Shown: positions 32,100 to 44,070, counted from the stretch's first letter. The stretch: DNA of 64,000 bases from Perkinsela sp. CCAP 1560/9 (GCA_965644495.1 CBFFSA010000013.1:62001-126000), one strand, 5' to 3'. Numbers and translations: made by a program. The notes: generated from the sequence alone by a model not told the origin.

Positions 32100-33879
32100 T
32101 GGATTGTCAATGTCAGTGCACCAAATTGTCATACTCAGAGCACCACAATTTATAGAATTATCATACTCAGTGCACCGAGAGGTACATTTTATCATAATTG
32201 AAATGATGAATATAACAAAAACATCAATGTCAGGTACCACCCCTGAATAAAAGGGGGATGTTTTCATAGGCTAGTGATCTTTTGGGTAGCGAGCTGACAG
32301 GAAGGCTAGCAAATGAGAACGGTTTCACTTATACCTAATAGGTTCTACTTGATAGGTAGCTGCCCACTACAGTAACCTTCATTTGCGGGTAACGGGATGG
32401 TCTTCTTGATGGGAACTGTTGACAAAATGTTGTTACAAAGGAGATGAAGTACGTTTATTTAAAACTATGAGATTGAAGAAAAGGCACATAAACAAAATTC
32501 GCACGTTTAAATTAACGAATCGTTTTTTGTTTTTGTTTTGCGATAGATTAAGTTCGGAACTGCACGTGCAACTGTGCTTGTTTCATGACATTAACCAATA
32601 ACGCGTGATCCGTGCACAATCCTTTCTGTTGACGTGTAAGAGAATCTGCCGGATTGTGCAGCATCCTACCGAGAGTTGTGCCCAACGCTCACCGTTGGAT
32701 ACGCAATGTTTCCAATGCAATGTTTCCTCCACCCGCCAATACGTGATCCCTAGGAACGTGCCGGAAGATTGAGGTGGTTCCAGGCATTTCCACACAACAC
32801 ATCCTTTAGGTGGGGGCTTGGAGCAAGATTGCAATTTACGAAAGAGCTCCGTGAGAAATCCACCTCTATTAGAAACCACAAAAATATTATCATACCATAC
32901 AAACACAACGCCGATATTTTCCTCTTTGCTAATTTTTTGGAACCACGCATAAGAAGGAACTGTGCTCTTCCCTCCACCCACAAGCATCGGTTCGTACCCC
33001 TGCGGTAGGATGGTTCACACTATTGCCAAAATTAAGCACTGAGAGAAATATGGGCCCCAAGAAAACCCCATAGGTAGTACTTTAAGTGTGAAAACCGTAC
33101 CAGCGCATCGAACTGATACATAATTTTCTATTCTTGCGGGCAGGGGAATTTGGTGGAAGCCATGCCGCATATCTGCAGATAACATTTGTGCTTGTGATTT
33201 AGATTCGTTGAACCATTTCTAATTCAGAACGGTTTTCTTCCATGTCAGTTTCATCATCGCTTTGATCATAAAGTTGTGCCACAGCGTCTTGTAGTTCTAA
33301 AATTTAAATTGGTGTTCAATAGGTTCAATACTCTGCGACATCATTTAAATTTTACGATGTAAGAAGATTTCATGGGGTAAAGTTAAAAACGCATGGGACA
33401 ACGTGGACAAGCTAAAAGTAACATAAAATATAGAATGTGCAACACGAGGTATTCCAAAACTCAAGAAAAGGAAATTATGCTCAATGTCGATAGCATAGTG
33501 TACTTCAATAGTTTGAGGATTTCCGAGAGAACTATAAATTCGAATTTATAACTTTGAATCACTTATTCACCCCCCTTACTTCACCACCCCCCTTACTTCA
33601 CCACAAAGTACGAGTTTTGGACCGAAAAGTGGGGGCTAAGTAAGGGGGGGATAACGGTATTATTAACACATTTATACTTTTAAGTATTCTTTTTTATATT
33701 TTTACACTCTCAGGTGTTATGCAGCAGTAGCACACACGTTCGTACGCGGTGACATGTCCACTGCTTTTTCTTGGTGCACTGAGTATGACGAAATGTCGAC
33801 ATTTCAGAAGGGTGATTTTTTGGGTATCTTTGGTGCACTGAGTATGACAAAAAGGTGGTGCACTGAGTATGACAATCCA
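32100..33879. mobile_element. Non-autonomous TG...CA element with iterated TIR motifs and GG TSD (IS30-like ends)
   Basis: gg|TGGATTGTCA ... TGACAATCCA|gg; three (TGT)CATACTCAGTGCACC-like repeats at each end; it splits a HINE copy (32026-32099 and 33880-34117). Confidence 0.75.
32583..33200 (-). pseudogene. Reverse transcriptase fragment of a YR retroelement
   Basis: ADMRHGFHQIPL, LPMGFSWGP, VWYDNIF, GTFLGI in one frame with one internal TGA. Confidence 0.8.
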
Positions 33880-34119
33880 GGAGTCCACGGGGGAGGTCCC
33901 GGGGGGCATACGTCGCGATTTGTTTTTCAATTTTTTTGCTTTCCAAAATCGAGGACAGGAAAGTGCTAGAGTATGCCGCGGCGATGTTTTTCTACCCTCC
34001 CCCCCCCACCTGGGGGTGACCCCCCTGGTACGCGCAGGAGGGGTCCGACAAGTTCGAAAATTCCGAAATTTTTGGGATGACCCCAAAAAAAATATTTTTG
34101 ACCAAAACAAAAGGATGTA

Positions 34120-36487
34120 CAGTGCTCGCAAAAATTAGTAAAACTTTTATTGTAAGATAGCAAAAAAGTTTTACTAATTAAAAATTCACTAATTTTTGCG
34201 CTGCCCCCAAAAAATTTGCCAACTTGATAAAATGTCTTAAATACAAGAGAGCGATGTTTCGCGTTCGAGGAGCGAAGAAAGCCTTTTAAAAATAGGAATA
34301 TAACGAACAAGAAAGTCAGAGATTCAGAAAAAAATCAGGAGCGGGGAAAGTAATATGTGTCTGTAGCACAGAGTAAAAAACACCCAGAAAAAATAATATT
34401 AATAAAAATCTTGCTCATAGAAATATTGCTCACAGAAATCTTGCTCGCTTTCCGTTTCACTTTCCCCTTCAAATTCCGAACTGTCTTCATAATCGCTGCT
34501 ATAGTCAATGTGATTACTGTGCATGCATTTGTATTTATCTGACTGGACCTTTCGAGGAGTTAAACGAATAGGCGTGCATATAGACGTAGCTTCAGAGAAA
34601 AATGTATTTTCTGCACTGGCGGATGTCTCAATTTCAGAAGAAGTCTTCCCGAAACCCCATAGATCTAGTTTTGCACACTTCTTTTGAGAAAAGAATAACT
34701 TCTTCTGAGCTCGACTCATGCCTTTTGTCTGTTCTTTCAGTTTGTATCCTTCCTCACGAGCTTGATTCTTTTTTTCCTTCTCAATTCTATTTGACTCAAG
34801 CCGTTCAGAAAGGCTGGGGTTGGGAGGACGACCTCGTTTCTTGCTTTGAAGAGAGACAATATGCTGAATATTTTCCTGTCGAATATCTTGGTCTTCGGGG
34901 GGTTCGATTTCATCAACGTTAACATTTACGTGCATTTCTTGTAGCTCATCTCCATGTCTGCTGACTGTTTCACGTTCGTTGTCGGTGAGCAAGGATGCGT
35001 ACGCGTCGGCTCGTGTCGGAGTACACCTCTCAGTTTCATCAAAAAGAGCGGCAGTTATACCCGTAACTTTCCAAGAAGCAATGACTTGAGCACGAGTAAT
35101 TTCTCGCATAGCTTTGGTAATTAGCGTGACTTTTTGCGTTCGGAGATGTGAAGCGGAAGACATAACCATTTCATGGACGGCATCTTCGACATTTTGACGG
35201 GCAAAAATGCGAGCAACATAACCATTGAAAAGTGCTCGAGCCTTGACTTTCAACCCAGATATCACAAACTGATCCGCCGGCTGAAAAACGTGAGTCATTT
35301 TAGGCGGAATTTCTACACACTGGCAGCTTTTGGAGGAAAGCGCCGTGGCAGAGTCTTTGTGTTGTGTTGCACCATCTATGATAAAGAGAGCCGGAGTGTT
35401 AACGTCTGAAAGTTTGCTCCTCTCCACACCAACAATATCAAGAAATCTTTCTAGAAATTCGGCCCAAGTGCTTGAATCCTGAAAGTGAGATCCTGTCCGA
35501 GCGCACTGTAGAACTCGATCATTGTGTTCAACGTCGACAAACATGCGGGAGGTACCCTGAAAAATGAATTGTAGAAGATTCAAATCACCAGCAGCATTCG
35601 CTAGCACCGTACAAGTGAAACCCCCTTTGCGATTCTGGATTGCAACACTTCTACTTTCTCCGACGTCAATCCACTTCATTTTCATTCAATCCACTTCATG
35701 TTTGAGCCTTCTGGAGAAAGACCAACGAAAAACTCGTCCGCGTTAAAAACAAGCTCTTTTCGAACACCGAAAGATTTTAGGCCACGTAGATGAGAAAAAA
35801 ATACATTAGCTGCCTGTGCAACTTCAATAGGTGTCACAGTTCGAGTTGTAGTTGCCCGTCGCACCTTAATGCCATTGCGGTGCATCCAAGAATTTGCCCA
35901 AGAAATCGAAAACTTCAACGTGCCACCGTTCAGCACTGTGGATCCCGTCTGTCGCTGCTCTCCGATACCTTTCGTAATGTTGGCTACGCGAGCTGCGTCG
36001 ACGGCAACGCCACTTCGTCGAATCAGCAAAAAACACTTTTAACAACTGAGCCTCTTCGTCTTCCGTGAGAAGACTCTTTCGACCCCGAGAACCAACGTCA
36101 TCCAAACGCGCAATGCGCTTGTACTTGGTGATAGCGGCTGAACTGAGACTTCGATGAAATTTCAGCTCAAACTTTCGTCGAACATCTTCGCCCCGAAAAA
36201 CACCACGAGTGTGTTCGAATAACCAATTCTTTTGCTCATCTGTTAAGGAAGTTCCGGAGGGCGTGTTGCTAGACGAAGCACTTATCAGATTGCTGAGAAA
36301 TATCATTTCTCCGATGTCGTGCGACATAGTAGTCTGAAAACTTTTCGTAAAAAAAAAAATAAAATTCCGAAAAAAATAAAAAAACATTTAAGGTGTAAAA
36401 CCTGAATTTTGCAAAATGTTTTACTAATTAAAAATTTACTAATTTTTGTTTTACGAATTATTATTACACTAATAATTGTGTACACTG
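34120..36487 (-). mobile_element. pogo-like DNA transposon (CENP-B HTH plus DDE_1), frameshifted
   Basis: ta|CAGTG...CACTG|ta ends. ORFs 35866-36387, 35682-36029 and 34399-35685 give NADE, IIDGATQH and FQPAD (DD33D). One frameshift is a 20-bp tandem duplication at ~35667-35700. Confidence 0.85.
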
Positions 36488-36615
36488 TACTTATTAAAGG
36501 ATTTACTTTATTTTACTATAAAACTTTAATAACCTTTATTTCTCTTTTCTTAAAAAATCGACAGAATACGGCCGCCTAGTAGAACAGACTGTCACCTTCG
36601 CAGTGTACCTGGTGG

Positions 36616-37208
36616 ATTGCGGTGGTTGTATAACTACCGCTCTACCCTCGATTATTGAAAAACAGTGAAAAACAGTGAAAATATAAAGAGGAACACAGTA
36701 TTATAGAAGAAAAAAATATAAAGGGGGGCCCCGGTGGTCCAAAATTGAAAAAAATGGGGGTCCATGGGGGGGGGTCCATGGGAGGGGTCCAGGGGGGGGG
36801 TCCAGGGGGCATACGTCGTTTTTTGAAAATTTCAAAATCTTGATTTTCGAAATCGAGCGCAGGGAAGTGGTAGAGTAGGCCGCGGCGATGACTTTCCACC
36901 CCCCCACCTAGGGGTACCCCCCCTGGTACGCGCGGGAGGGATCCGACAAGGTCAAAGATTGCGAAATTTTTGGGAGGACTAAAACCCAAAAAAAAGCAAA
37001 AATATTATTTTTCCAAAATCGACTCCTAAACCGTATTTCGAGAGTTTTGGACCTCAGCTACCATTCTACGACGTTTTTGTCGACAGATTCGACTCCTGCC
37101 CCTACTGGTAAGGCATCCAAAACAGCCCAAATTCGGTGTAAAATTTCGCAATTTTTACCATAAAATCGAGCTTTTTCACAAGAACCACCGCGTTTAACGA
37201 AGAGCCTA
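36616..37208 (-). mobile_element. HINE-like element (same subtype as 2752-3468)
   Basis: Terminal hairpin at 36616; half palindrome at 37183-37208. Confidence 0.7.
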
Positions 37209-37599
37209 ATTATTATGCTGAAAGAGTATCCACGCGACGAAAAACACACCTGTGCGCCCTCGGATGATCTCTGGGCCCGTGAAGCGCCACATCAAGCTCT
37301 TAGGGCAGCTTGACAGCCCAGAACAGGTTACCAACACCTTAGGGGGGGGGACGCGTCTGTGGTGATATGGTATATGGCAGAATTCGAAGTGAACATTGAT
37401 TCATTTCATGATTGAAAAGCATGAATTCATGAAACATGAAAAGCATGAAAAACATGATTGAAAAGCAAAAGTAAAATGCATTACAACTCTCTGGCTAACG
37501 AAGGAAAGAGTGAATTTTAAGTTTTGTGTCAGAACATCAAAACATCAGCACAGCACATTAGCACGCTGTAACGTGTTGGAATTCAACTCACGAAAAAAA

Positions 37600-37900
37600 C
37601 CATTGCTACAGCACTGCCTGGCGGATTTCGCAGGGAACGATCGGTAGCAAGCCTCGGGGCCAAGCTGGTATCCTTAAAGTTGAAGAGGAGAGAGACCTTC
37701 TGGATGCAATCAGATTCCAAAACAAAGCTTCTAGATGTGTAAACGAACCTTCCGTGGCAGAGATTGCTCGAGGATTAATTGCTCGAACACGCAAAGAGGT
37801 TTTAAGATATCCAAATCTGAGGTTCGAACTGTACGTGGGGGAGCCTGTGATCCTTCTGGACGTCCGTGTTTCTTCCTACGTTGCGAAACATTTTGTAATG
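37600..37900 (+). pseudogene. CENP-B/pogo-like HTH fragment
   Basis: RGQAGILKVEEERDLLDAI...VAEIARGL resembles the 35866-36387 N-terminus (RGRKSLLTEDEEAQLL). Confidence 0.4.
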
Positions 37901-37906
37901 GAACGG

Positions 37907-38570
37907 TGGATTATCTTATCCAGTGCACCAAATTATCATATCCAGTGCACTTTTTTTTAGATTATCATATCCAGTGCACCAAAAGTCTATTTTTGGAAAT
38001 TCGTTGCTAGTTCTATTCTATAACCCCAATATCTATACTGTATACTCTAATTGTTTTTTCTTCATTCCTCATGTCAAAATATCAGAGGCTCGGGCAAAGG
38101 GGCAGAGTCACCATTCAAGAGATGTTGAGGCAGGCGCAACACGGCGTGAGATCGGCACGGCCATCGGTAAATCCCTTAGCACCGTTAGCCATGAGCTGAC
38201 CCGTAACAAGAAACGGGGTCGTCGTTACGAAGCCAGCCGCGCACACAGAGTGTCAAAGCGCCGCCTGGCGATTAAGGCTGTGCGTCCCTGGCTATCCGTG
38301 GGCCTGTGGAACGGGACAGAAATTTCGAAAGATGAAAGAGTGAATAAAAAACTTCGTTGCAATTCATATTTCTGCGCTCCGTACCATTCATGGGAAAAGG
38401 AGGCGGTGGAAAATGTGAATGGTCTAATTCGACAATACCACAAGGCGACCAACTCATTCTCTCAGCCTCACGGAGGTCACCAAGACAGCAAGAAAGTTGA
38501 ACAAGAGGCCGAGAAAGGTTTTATGGTGGGAATGTCTGAAGGCACTATACGTGAAATGCTTTGTGAACGA
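37907..38570 (+). mobile_element. IS30-family element, internally deleted, left end only
   Basis: TGGATTATC..CAGTGCAC x3 end; HTH IGKSLSTVSHELTRN; NGTE..YFCAPYHSWEKEAVENVNGLIRQY. Confidence 0.8.
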
Positions 38571-38594
38571 AAAAAGAATTTCGATACAGTTTTA

Positions 38595-40511
38595 CTAGAC
38601 AACGCAGAGACCACAATTACATACGATGTTGTACCGTTCTAGAAAAGGGCGGCGCAGAACACCCTCGGGTACCCTTTCTTGGTTCCCGATGGACATCGGC
38701 AAGTATGAAATCGTAACCTCCTCGCCCGCTTGTATGTTCCTCAGTGCACGAAAACAAAGAACACGGGAACCCATCTGTTGTATTCCTTTTTTGACGATCC
38801 TCGGATTTTGTGGTAAATTCTCCCAGCTGTAACACGCATTGGGATTGCAGTTGTGGTTTATAAAACTTGCTATACGAGGGAAAAAACCACAACCTTTACC
38901 GTTCCCAAGCCGAAAGAAGTTAGTAAGTAGGACACGGCAAATTTGAAGTAAGATAGAAGCGTCGAGGTGCTGTGCAGAGAATCCGTAGTGCAAACCTATT
39001 TCATAGAGATACGCAAGGTCACTTAGAGGAAACTCCTCAGAGGATAGGACATAGTCCGAAGCCAAGCTACGCATATATTTTTCATAAAACGACTTTAATG
39101 AGGATTTAGTTTTTCGATTACGAGCACTTTGTCCGAGATTCCCAGCGAAAGATTTCCGACATTTCCCGCATTGAAGTTGCGCATAAAGTCTGTGAAGAAG
39201 AGGCGCAAGTATTCTAATGGTGTCTCGAGATTTTGCGTTAACCTGATACGCTCCTAATGGTCCAAATAAGTATCGCAGATTGTACTCGGCGCTACAATGA
39301 CTTCTGTGGTATAGATTACAAGACCTTTTGCGACAGTTTTCACTGCACCATTTTTGCATGCAACCCGATGTGTTTGCTTTGGTACATACGTGGGGCTTAG
39401 AGATTGAAGTCGACTCGCTCAATTCGTTTTCAAAAGATTCGTCGTCAGAGGAATTCAATAAATCGGAAATAGTATTCCTTTCATCTCCAAAAATGGAAGA
39501 ATTTCTAGTTTGTTCTGTCTGGACTTTTGTGACATTTTTTTGCGACGAGGCCATCCTATCGCGTCCTCCAGACTCTGAGCACAATCGTTTGCCACATCCG
39601 TCACAAAGTTGATTAGCACTAGGATGTGCGCCGTAAGATGGACTAAAAATTAATGGGGCCTCGTAAAATATAATTTGCCCTGCAATAAAACCTTTTGCTG
39701 CTACTACACCACGGTAGTCACTTGCCGGTGAATCATTCAAGCGACGGTTGCGCGCAACCTTGGCATTTTTGTGAATCTTATTCAAGGAAAGAGAGGACGT
39801 GATAGAATTCCGTGGATATGCATACGTCTCAGGATAAGGCAAGTGCTGCACAGTCACATGAAAATCGGTATCTAATGTTGCCTTGTAAAAACGATCAACT
39901 GCTGGTTTCGCAAGCGATCTTGAAAAGAAGATATTTTTGTGTCCGCATATTTTTACATGATTATTTCCCGGTACTATGATCGATGGGCAATAAGATTCAC
40001 AGCCCGGATCATTCACGGTGGCCGCATCCATCATGCGTTCTCTTATTCTAGAGATAACATTTATTATACACCCAATATGACCGGTAGTTTTTTCCAGTGA
40101 TGTCCCAATGACATCAAGTTTGCATGGCTCCGCGCTACCCTTTGGCACATTTTCACTTTTTGCCGATTTGAGCTCTCGCTGAAGGAATGACTCCACATAC
40201 CCCAAAAATGTATCCCATTCCTGTGATACGTATTGCACATAGTCATTAAGTAGATAAAGACGCAGAACTCGGATGTCATTAACAAGTGCTGCATTATCTG
40301 AAATCTTCAAGGTATCGATAGAGTTAATACCACAGGCGGGTATCTGAACACTTGTGACACAAGAAAGTATTTTTCGAATAACATTAAAGTCAAGCGGCCC
40401 CCTAAGTGCATTCCCATTTTCTACTTTCACTATCCTCTCACATTTATGAAGGGTTAAGAACAATTTGCGAATGTGTGAAAAAACCTCGCTCCGTAAGCGA
40501 AAGGGCCACAT
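38595..40511 (-). CDS. SET domain (SMYD-like) lysine methyltransferase
   Basis: RGVVAAKGF.AGQII, split Cys-rich MYND-like region, SFINHNCNPN, EEVTISY, post-SET CNCGLC. Confidence 0.9.
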   Translation of the reverse strand: MWPFRLRSEVFSHIRKLFLTLHKCERIVKVENGNALRGPLDFNVIRKILSCVTSVQIPACGINSIDTLKISDNAALVNDIRVLRLYLLNDYVQYVSQEWDTFLGYVESFLQRELKSAKSENVPKGSAEPCKLDVIGTSLEKTTGHIGCIINVISRIRERMMDAATVNDPGCESYCPSIIVPGNNHVKICGHKNIFFSRSLAKPAVDRFYKATLDTDFHVTVQHLPYPETYAYPRNSITSSLSLNKIHKNAKVARNRRLNDSPASDYRGVVAAKGFIAGQIIFYEAPLIFSPSYGAHPSANQLCDGCGKRLCSESGGRDRMASSQKNVTKVQTEQTRNSSIFGDERNTISDLLNSSDDESFENELSESTSISKPHVCTKANTSGCMQKWCSENCRKRSCNLYHRSHCSAEYNLRYLFGPLGAYQVNAKSRDTIRILAPLLHRLYAQLQCGKCRKSFAGNLGQSARNRKTKSSLKSFYEKYMRSLASDYVLSSEEFPLSDLAYLYEIGLHYGFSAQHLDASILLQICRVLLTNFFRLGNGKGCGFFPRIASFINHNCNPNACYSWENLPQNPRIVKKGIQQMGSRVLCFRALRNIQAGEEVTISYLPMSIGNQERVPEGVLRRPFLERYNIVCNCGLCVV

Positions 40512-40914
40512 GTGTTTTACACTTTACCCCTTGAGTGCGCTGTCGCTGACCAGCTCTGAGTGTGTGCGAACAACATGAATTCGAAAAACATAACTTCACA
40601 AAAAAGCTATCATTGGAAGAAATATCGAGTGATGAAATACGTCGCAAAACTTCCAATATTACCAAAACATAGGAAAGAAAGATTTCAAGAAACTGAACTT
40701 GTAAAATCGAAATTCCACGTCATCCAATTCCACGTCTCCGTTAAGAGGTACACAAACCCAAAAACTTAATTCACAATATTGTTCCTATCGACGGATTGAT
40801 GCTTCATTAAAGCACACAATGTCAAACAACTTTGTTAAACTACAGATGGACAGTCAAGATCAATAGGAACTTAGAACTCAACCCAGTCCACCTTTCACCT
40901 CATTTGCCCAGGAA

Positions 40915-42948
40915 TTATGCTAGAGGAAGAACCGCTCCACCGCTGTCGGCCACCGTAATAAAAGGATTGTTATAAAACCGTGACCCCAGAGCGACGGGGT
41001 TGAGACGTAACAGCCCTATCACCATCACCAGATTCCCCTCCCGCAGGGTGGCCTGGGCCCGTTTCGACAGTGTACTGCCGTAGACCCGGATTGTCACACA
41101 CTCCGGAGGGACCCCAGCCTCGGCGACGTCCACCACCAAGGAGAACTGTGTCACCGGGGTCATCCCCTGGTACCCACTCGCGAGCTCACACACCACCCCG
41201 CTGAGTGTGATGTTCGTGTAGCTCCGAGCATGGACCACAACATCCTGCTCGAGTGACACGTTGGCGTTCTTGAGCTCCTCGGCTAACAACGCAGCCCGGG
41301 GGTCACCCTCCGAGGCCCCCTGGCCCGGGACTTTACTCATGTCCACCGGGGTAGGGACATAGGCCGGGATGTTCTCGAGGTTAATCCCAATCGTGGGACG
41401 AGGGGTATCGGCTTTCGACCCCGAGGCTGTGCTCCCCGCCGAGGCCACCGCGCTGGCCTGCCCGGGGTGCTTGGTCTCATAGTGTCCCGTGAGCCCAAGC
41501 TGGGTTTTGAACCCTTTCCCGCAGATGGTGCATTGAAACCGTTTCTCGCTGTCCAGCGAGGGGTCCATCCCCGGGACTACCCCGGCGGGGGAGGCGGCGG
41601 TACTCTCCACCGACCCCGGAGGGGCAGAGAAAGTCGGATCAAACACCCCAGGGGTCGTACCCTGGTCCCCGGCAAGTGGGGAGAACGGGTTGAACGGACC
41701 CGCAGGGGTAGCGCCTCGTGGGGGCTCCGCGGAACCCCCCACAGCCCCGGCACCGCTCGCCGAGGAAGCTCCTCCCCCGGAAGCGGGGGAGGAGGGGATC
41801 GTCACGCTCAACGGGACCGGATCCACCGCCACCCCGCTCTCCCCGGCACTGCGTATGACCGTCCCCCCACGTGCGCGCTCCGCGAACCCTTTGATTTCCT
41901 CCATCGTGTAGACCCGGACACGCTGGAACTTTCGCGTCCCCGCCCCCCAGCGTGTGGTACCAAGCTCATCCCACAGCGAGAGCAGGGAGCTACGAAGCTC
42001 CTCACTAACCGCCGGGTCATACCCCACAATAGAAGCCGTACCATTACCTGTCTTTGTACTCACAGAGGTAAGACTCACCCGCGTCTTACTTCCAGAACTC
42101 GAGCTCATGTTTGTGGCACTACTGCTACTGCTACCACCACTGTTGTTATTGTTACTCCCCCCACCCCCTCCTGTGGGGGCTTGCTGTCGGTTCGTTGCCT
42201 CCACGGGGCGCGCCCCGTCGTGTTTGGTATTCAAATGGTGCTCCAGGGCCATGGAGAGACGGAAGCTTTTGCTGCACAGGTGGCAGGCAAACTTCTTGTC
42301 CTCCCCGAGGCTGGCGGCTTGCTGGATCTCCGCAGCCCGGGTGGGGTTGATGGCGGAGACGGGGGCGCGGGGGGACGGGGGGGCTGCGGGGGTGGGGGGC
42401 CGAGGGGCTGACCCGGGAGTGGAAGGGGTCTCTGAAGCCAGCGGTTGTGAAGGGGTTGAGGCCATTGGGGGCGTTGCCCCTGTCGTGGACGGGGGGGTTG
42501 ATGTGATGGGGTTGTCCTGGGCTGGGGATTTGGTGCAGAGTACCCGGGCGGAGTGCCGACGAGCGGCGTCGGCGGTGAGTTCCGTGCCGGAGGGTACGGG
42601 GAGGGAGGCGTGATCTTCCCCGATGGTCCAGCGTGGGACTTCGTCCGGGGCGGGGTTTAGGGGGTGTTTGCGGTGAGCCTCCTGTAACAGGAGCCGACCA
42701 TAGTCGGTCTCGGCGAGCTCAAATTCGTTGTACAGAGTGTTGGAGACTACATAGGGGTCACCACGACGCAGCAGGAGAGGGGTGCTCCGGAGTAAACCGC
42801 AACGTGGTTGCTGACTGTGAGTGTGCTGAGGGATATCTTCTGAGGAAACCTCTTTTATAGAGGTTCTTGTAGTGAAATAGATCCGGGGTAACACACAAGT
42901 AGGGAGTGTTGGGGAGGATATCCGAGAACGAAAATGGGGTTTCCACAT
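40915..42948 (-). CDS. RNA editing core complex KREPA-type subunit (two C2H2 zinc fingers plus C-terminal OB fold; KREPA1/KREPA2-like)
   Basis: CHLCSKSF..LEHHLNTKH and CTICGKGF..LTGHYETKH; TNITLSGVV..VTQFSL..TIRVYG..VMVIGLLRLNP OB fold; mitochondrial transit-like N-terminus. Confidence 0.82.
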   Translation of the reverse strand: MWKPHFRSRISSPTLPTCVLPRIYFTTRTSIKEVSSEDIPQHTHSQQPRCGLLRSTPLLLRRGDPYVVSNTLYNEFELAETDYGRLLLQEAHRKHPLNPAPDEVPRWTIGEDHASLPVPSGTELTADAARRHSARVLCTKSPAQDNPITSTPPSTTGATPPMASTPSQPLASETPSTPGSAPRPPTPAAPPSPRAPVSAINPTRAAEIQQAASLGEDKKFACHLCSKSFRLSMALEHHLNTKHDGARPVEATNRQQAPTGGGGGSNNNNSGGSSSSSATNMSSSSGSKTRVSLTSVSTKTGNGTASIVGYDPAVSEELRSSLLSLWDELGTTRWGAGTRKFQRVRVYTMEEIKGFAERARGGTVIRSAGESGVAVDPVPLSVTIPSSPASGGGASSASGAGAVGGSAEPPRGATPAGPFNPFSPLAGDQGTTPGVFDPTFSAPPGSVESTAASPAGVVPGMDPSLDSEKRFQCTICGKGFKTQLGLTGHYETKHPGQASAVASAGSTASGSKADTPRPTIGINLENIPAYVPTPVDMSKVPGQGASEGDPRAALLAEELKNANVSLEQDVVVHARSYTNITLSGVVCELASGYQGMTPVTQFSLVVDVAEAGVPPECVTIRVYGSTLSKRAQATLREGNLVMVIGLLRLNPVALGSRFYNNPFITVADSGGAVLPLA

Positions 42949-43304
42949 GAATAGACAATAGTTGCGACGCCTAACTTGAAAGTATTTTTGAACAAAAGTG
43001 CATAAAATAAAAGTCACCGATCGTTTTTAAAAGATTGACGAATACCCTGTAATTTTAGTTTCCCGCATTATATTGTTACACTTGAGTTTCTTACTGTGGT
43101 TACTCTTTTAATAACCGAGGGAGAAGCGGTACTTTCCGCTTTAATGAAGCAAGATTTCACGTCGATGACTGAGAAGAAGACAAATCCATGTAAAGCTCCT
43201 TTATAAAGCACTGTTGTTACTATTAGCAGCATCCAAAAGAATGTAAATACGATACATTTTTTCTTTGATAAAGTATTCTTCGTAGGATTGTCTTGCAAGT
43301 AGAG

Positions 43305-43682
43305 CTACGGTGTTCGAAGTTTAAAATCTACAGCTGATACATTGTATTTGTAAATGTAGATGTCTGGTTGAAGGGTGGTGCGATGGGCCTCTACTGCTTG
43401 TTCGTTGTATGGTTCTACGTCGTATGAGAATACTTTTTTGTCTTCAAACTGAGGGAAATTTGATCGGGCGAGTTTTGCAAACACCCCTTGCTTCCTAGAG
43501 GTTGTGTGTGGAGACCAACTTACTCGTCGAGCGTGGCTGACAGCTTCGTCAGTAAAATAATGCTCCCATCTGATTTTAATCCCCCGAGTTTTTACGGTGT
43601 ACAAAGGACCGCGTGTATCCGTGCATTGCACCATCGTTGCGAAGTTTGATGTAAAGTGGAGAAGCCCAGTACGACTTTTCAT
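43305..43682 (-). CDS. Small basic protein, possibly mitochondrial ribosomal
   Basis: In-cluster orientation, transit-like start, basic composition; family not confidently recognised. Confidence 0.5.
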   Translation of the reverse strand: MKSRTGLLHFTSNFATMVQCTDTRGPLYTVKTRGIKIRWEHYFTDEAVSHARRVSWSPHTTSRKQGVFAKLARSNFPQFEDKKVFSYDVEPYNEQAVEAHRTTLQPDIYIYKYNVSAVDFKLRTP

Positions 43683-44070
43683 GGTGATGTACTGCCTAAT
43701 TTGAAGAATGGAAAGAAAACACAAATCCCTTAATAAAACCAATCCTGAATTGAAGGACTTTTATACTTACTAATACTCACATTAATTTGACTGTTGAAGT
43801 GCATTATTACAATTAGCGAAAAGTCGGACCATAGATAGATACCTCGGTACCTAGAAGGGGGGCAACACGTCTGCGATAATTGGCAGAATATGGCGGAATT
43901 CGAAAGTGAACAGCAAAATGATTTCGGCGTCGAGAACCTAACGTCAGAAAAATAGAATAAAGGACAGCGATTTTAAATTGAAATACAGGGGGTGGCAGGA
44001 AAATATGGGGGGGGGTCAAAATTCGTATAAACCACTGTCCGGGTTATTATACCTAGGGGGTATAATTTCC

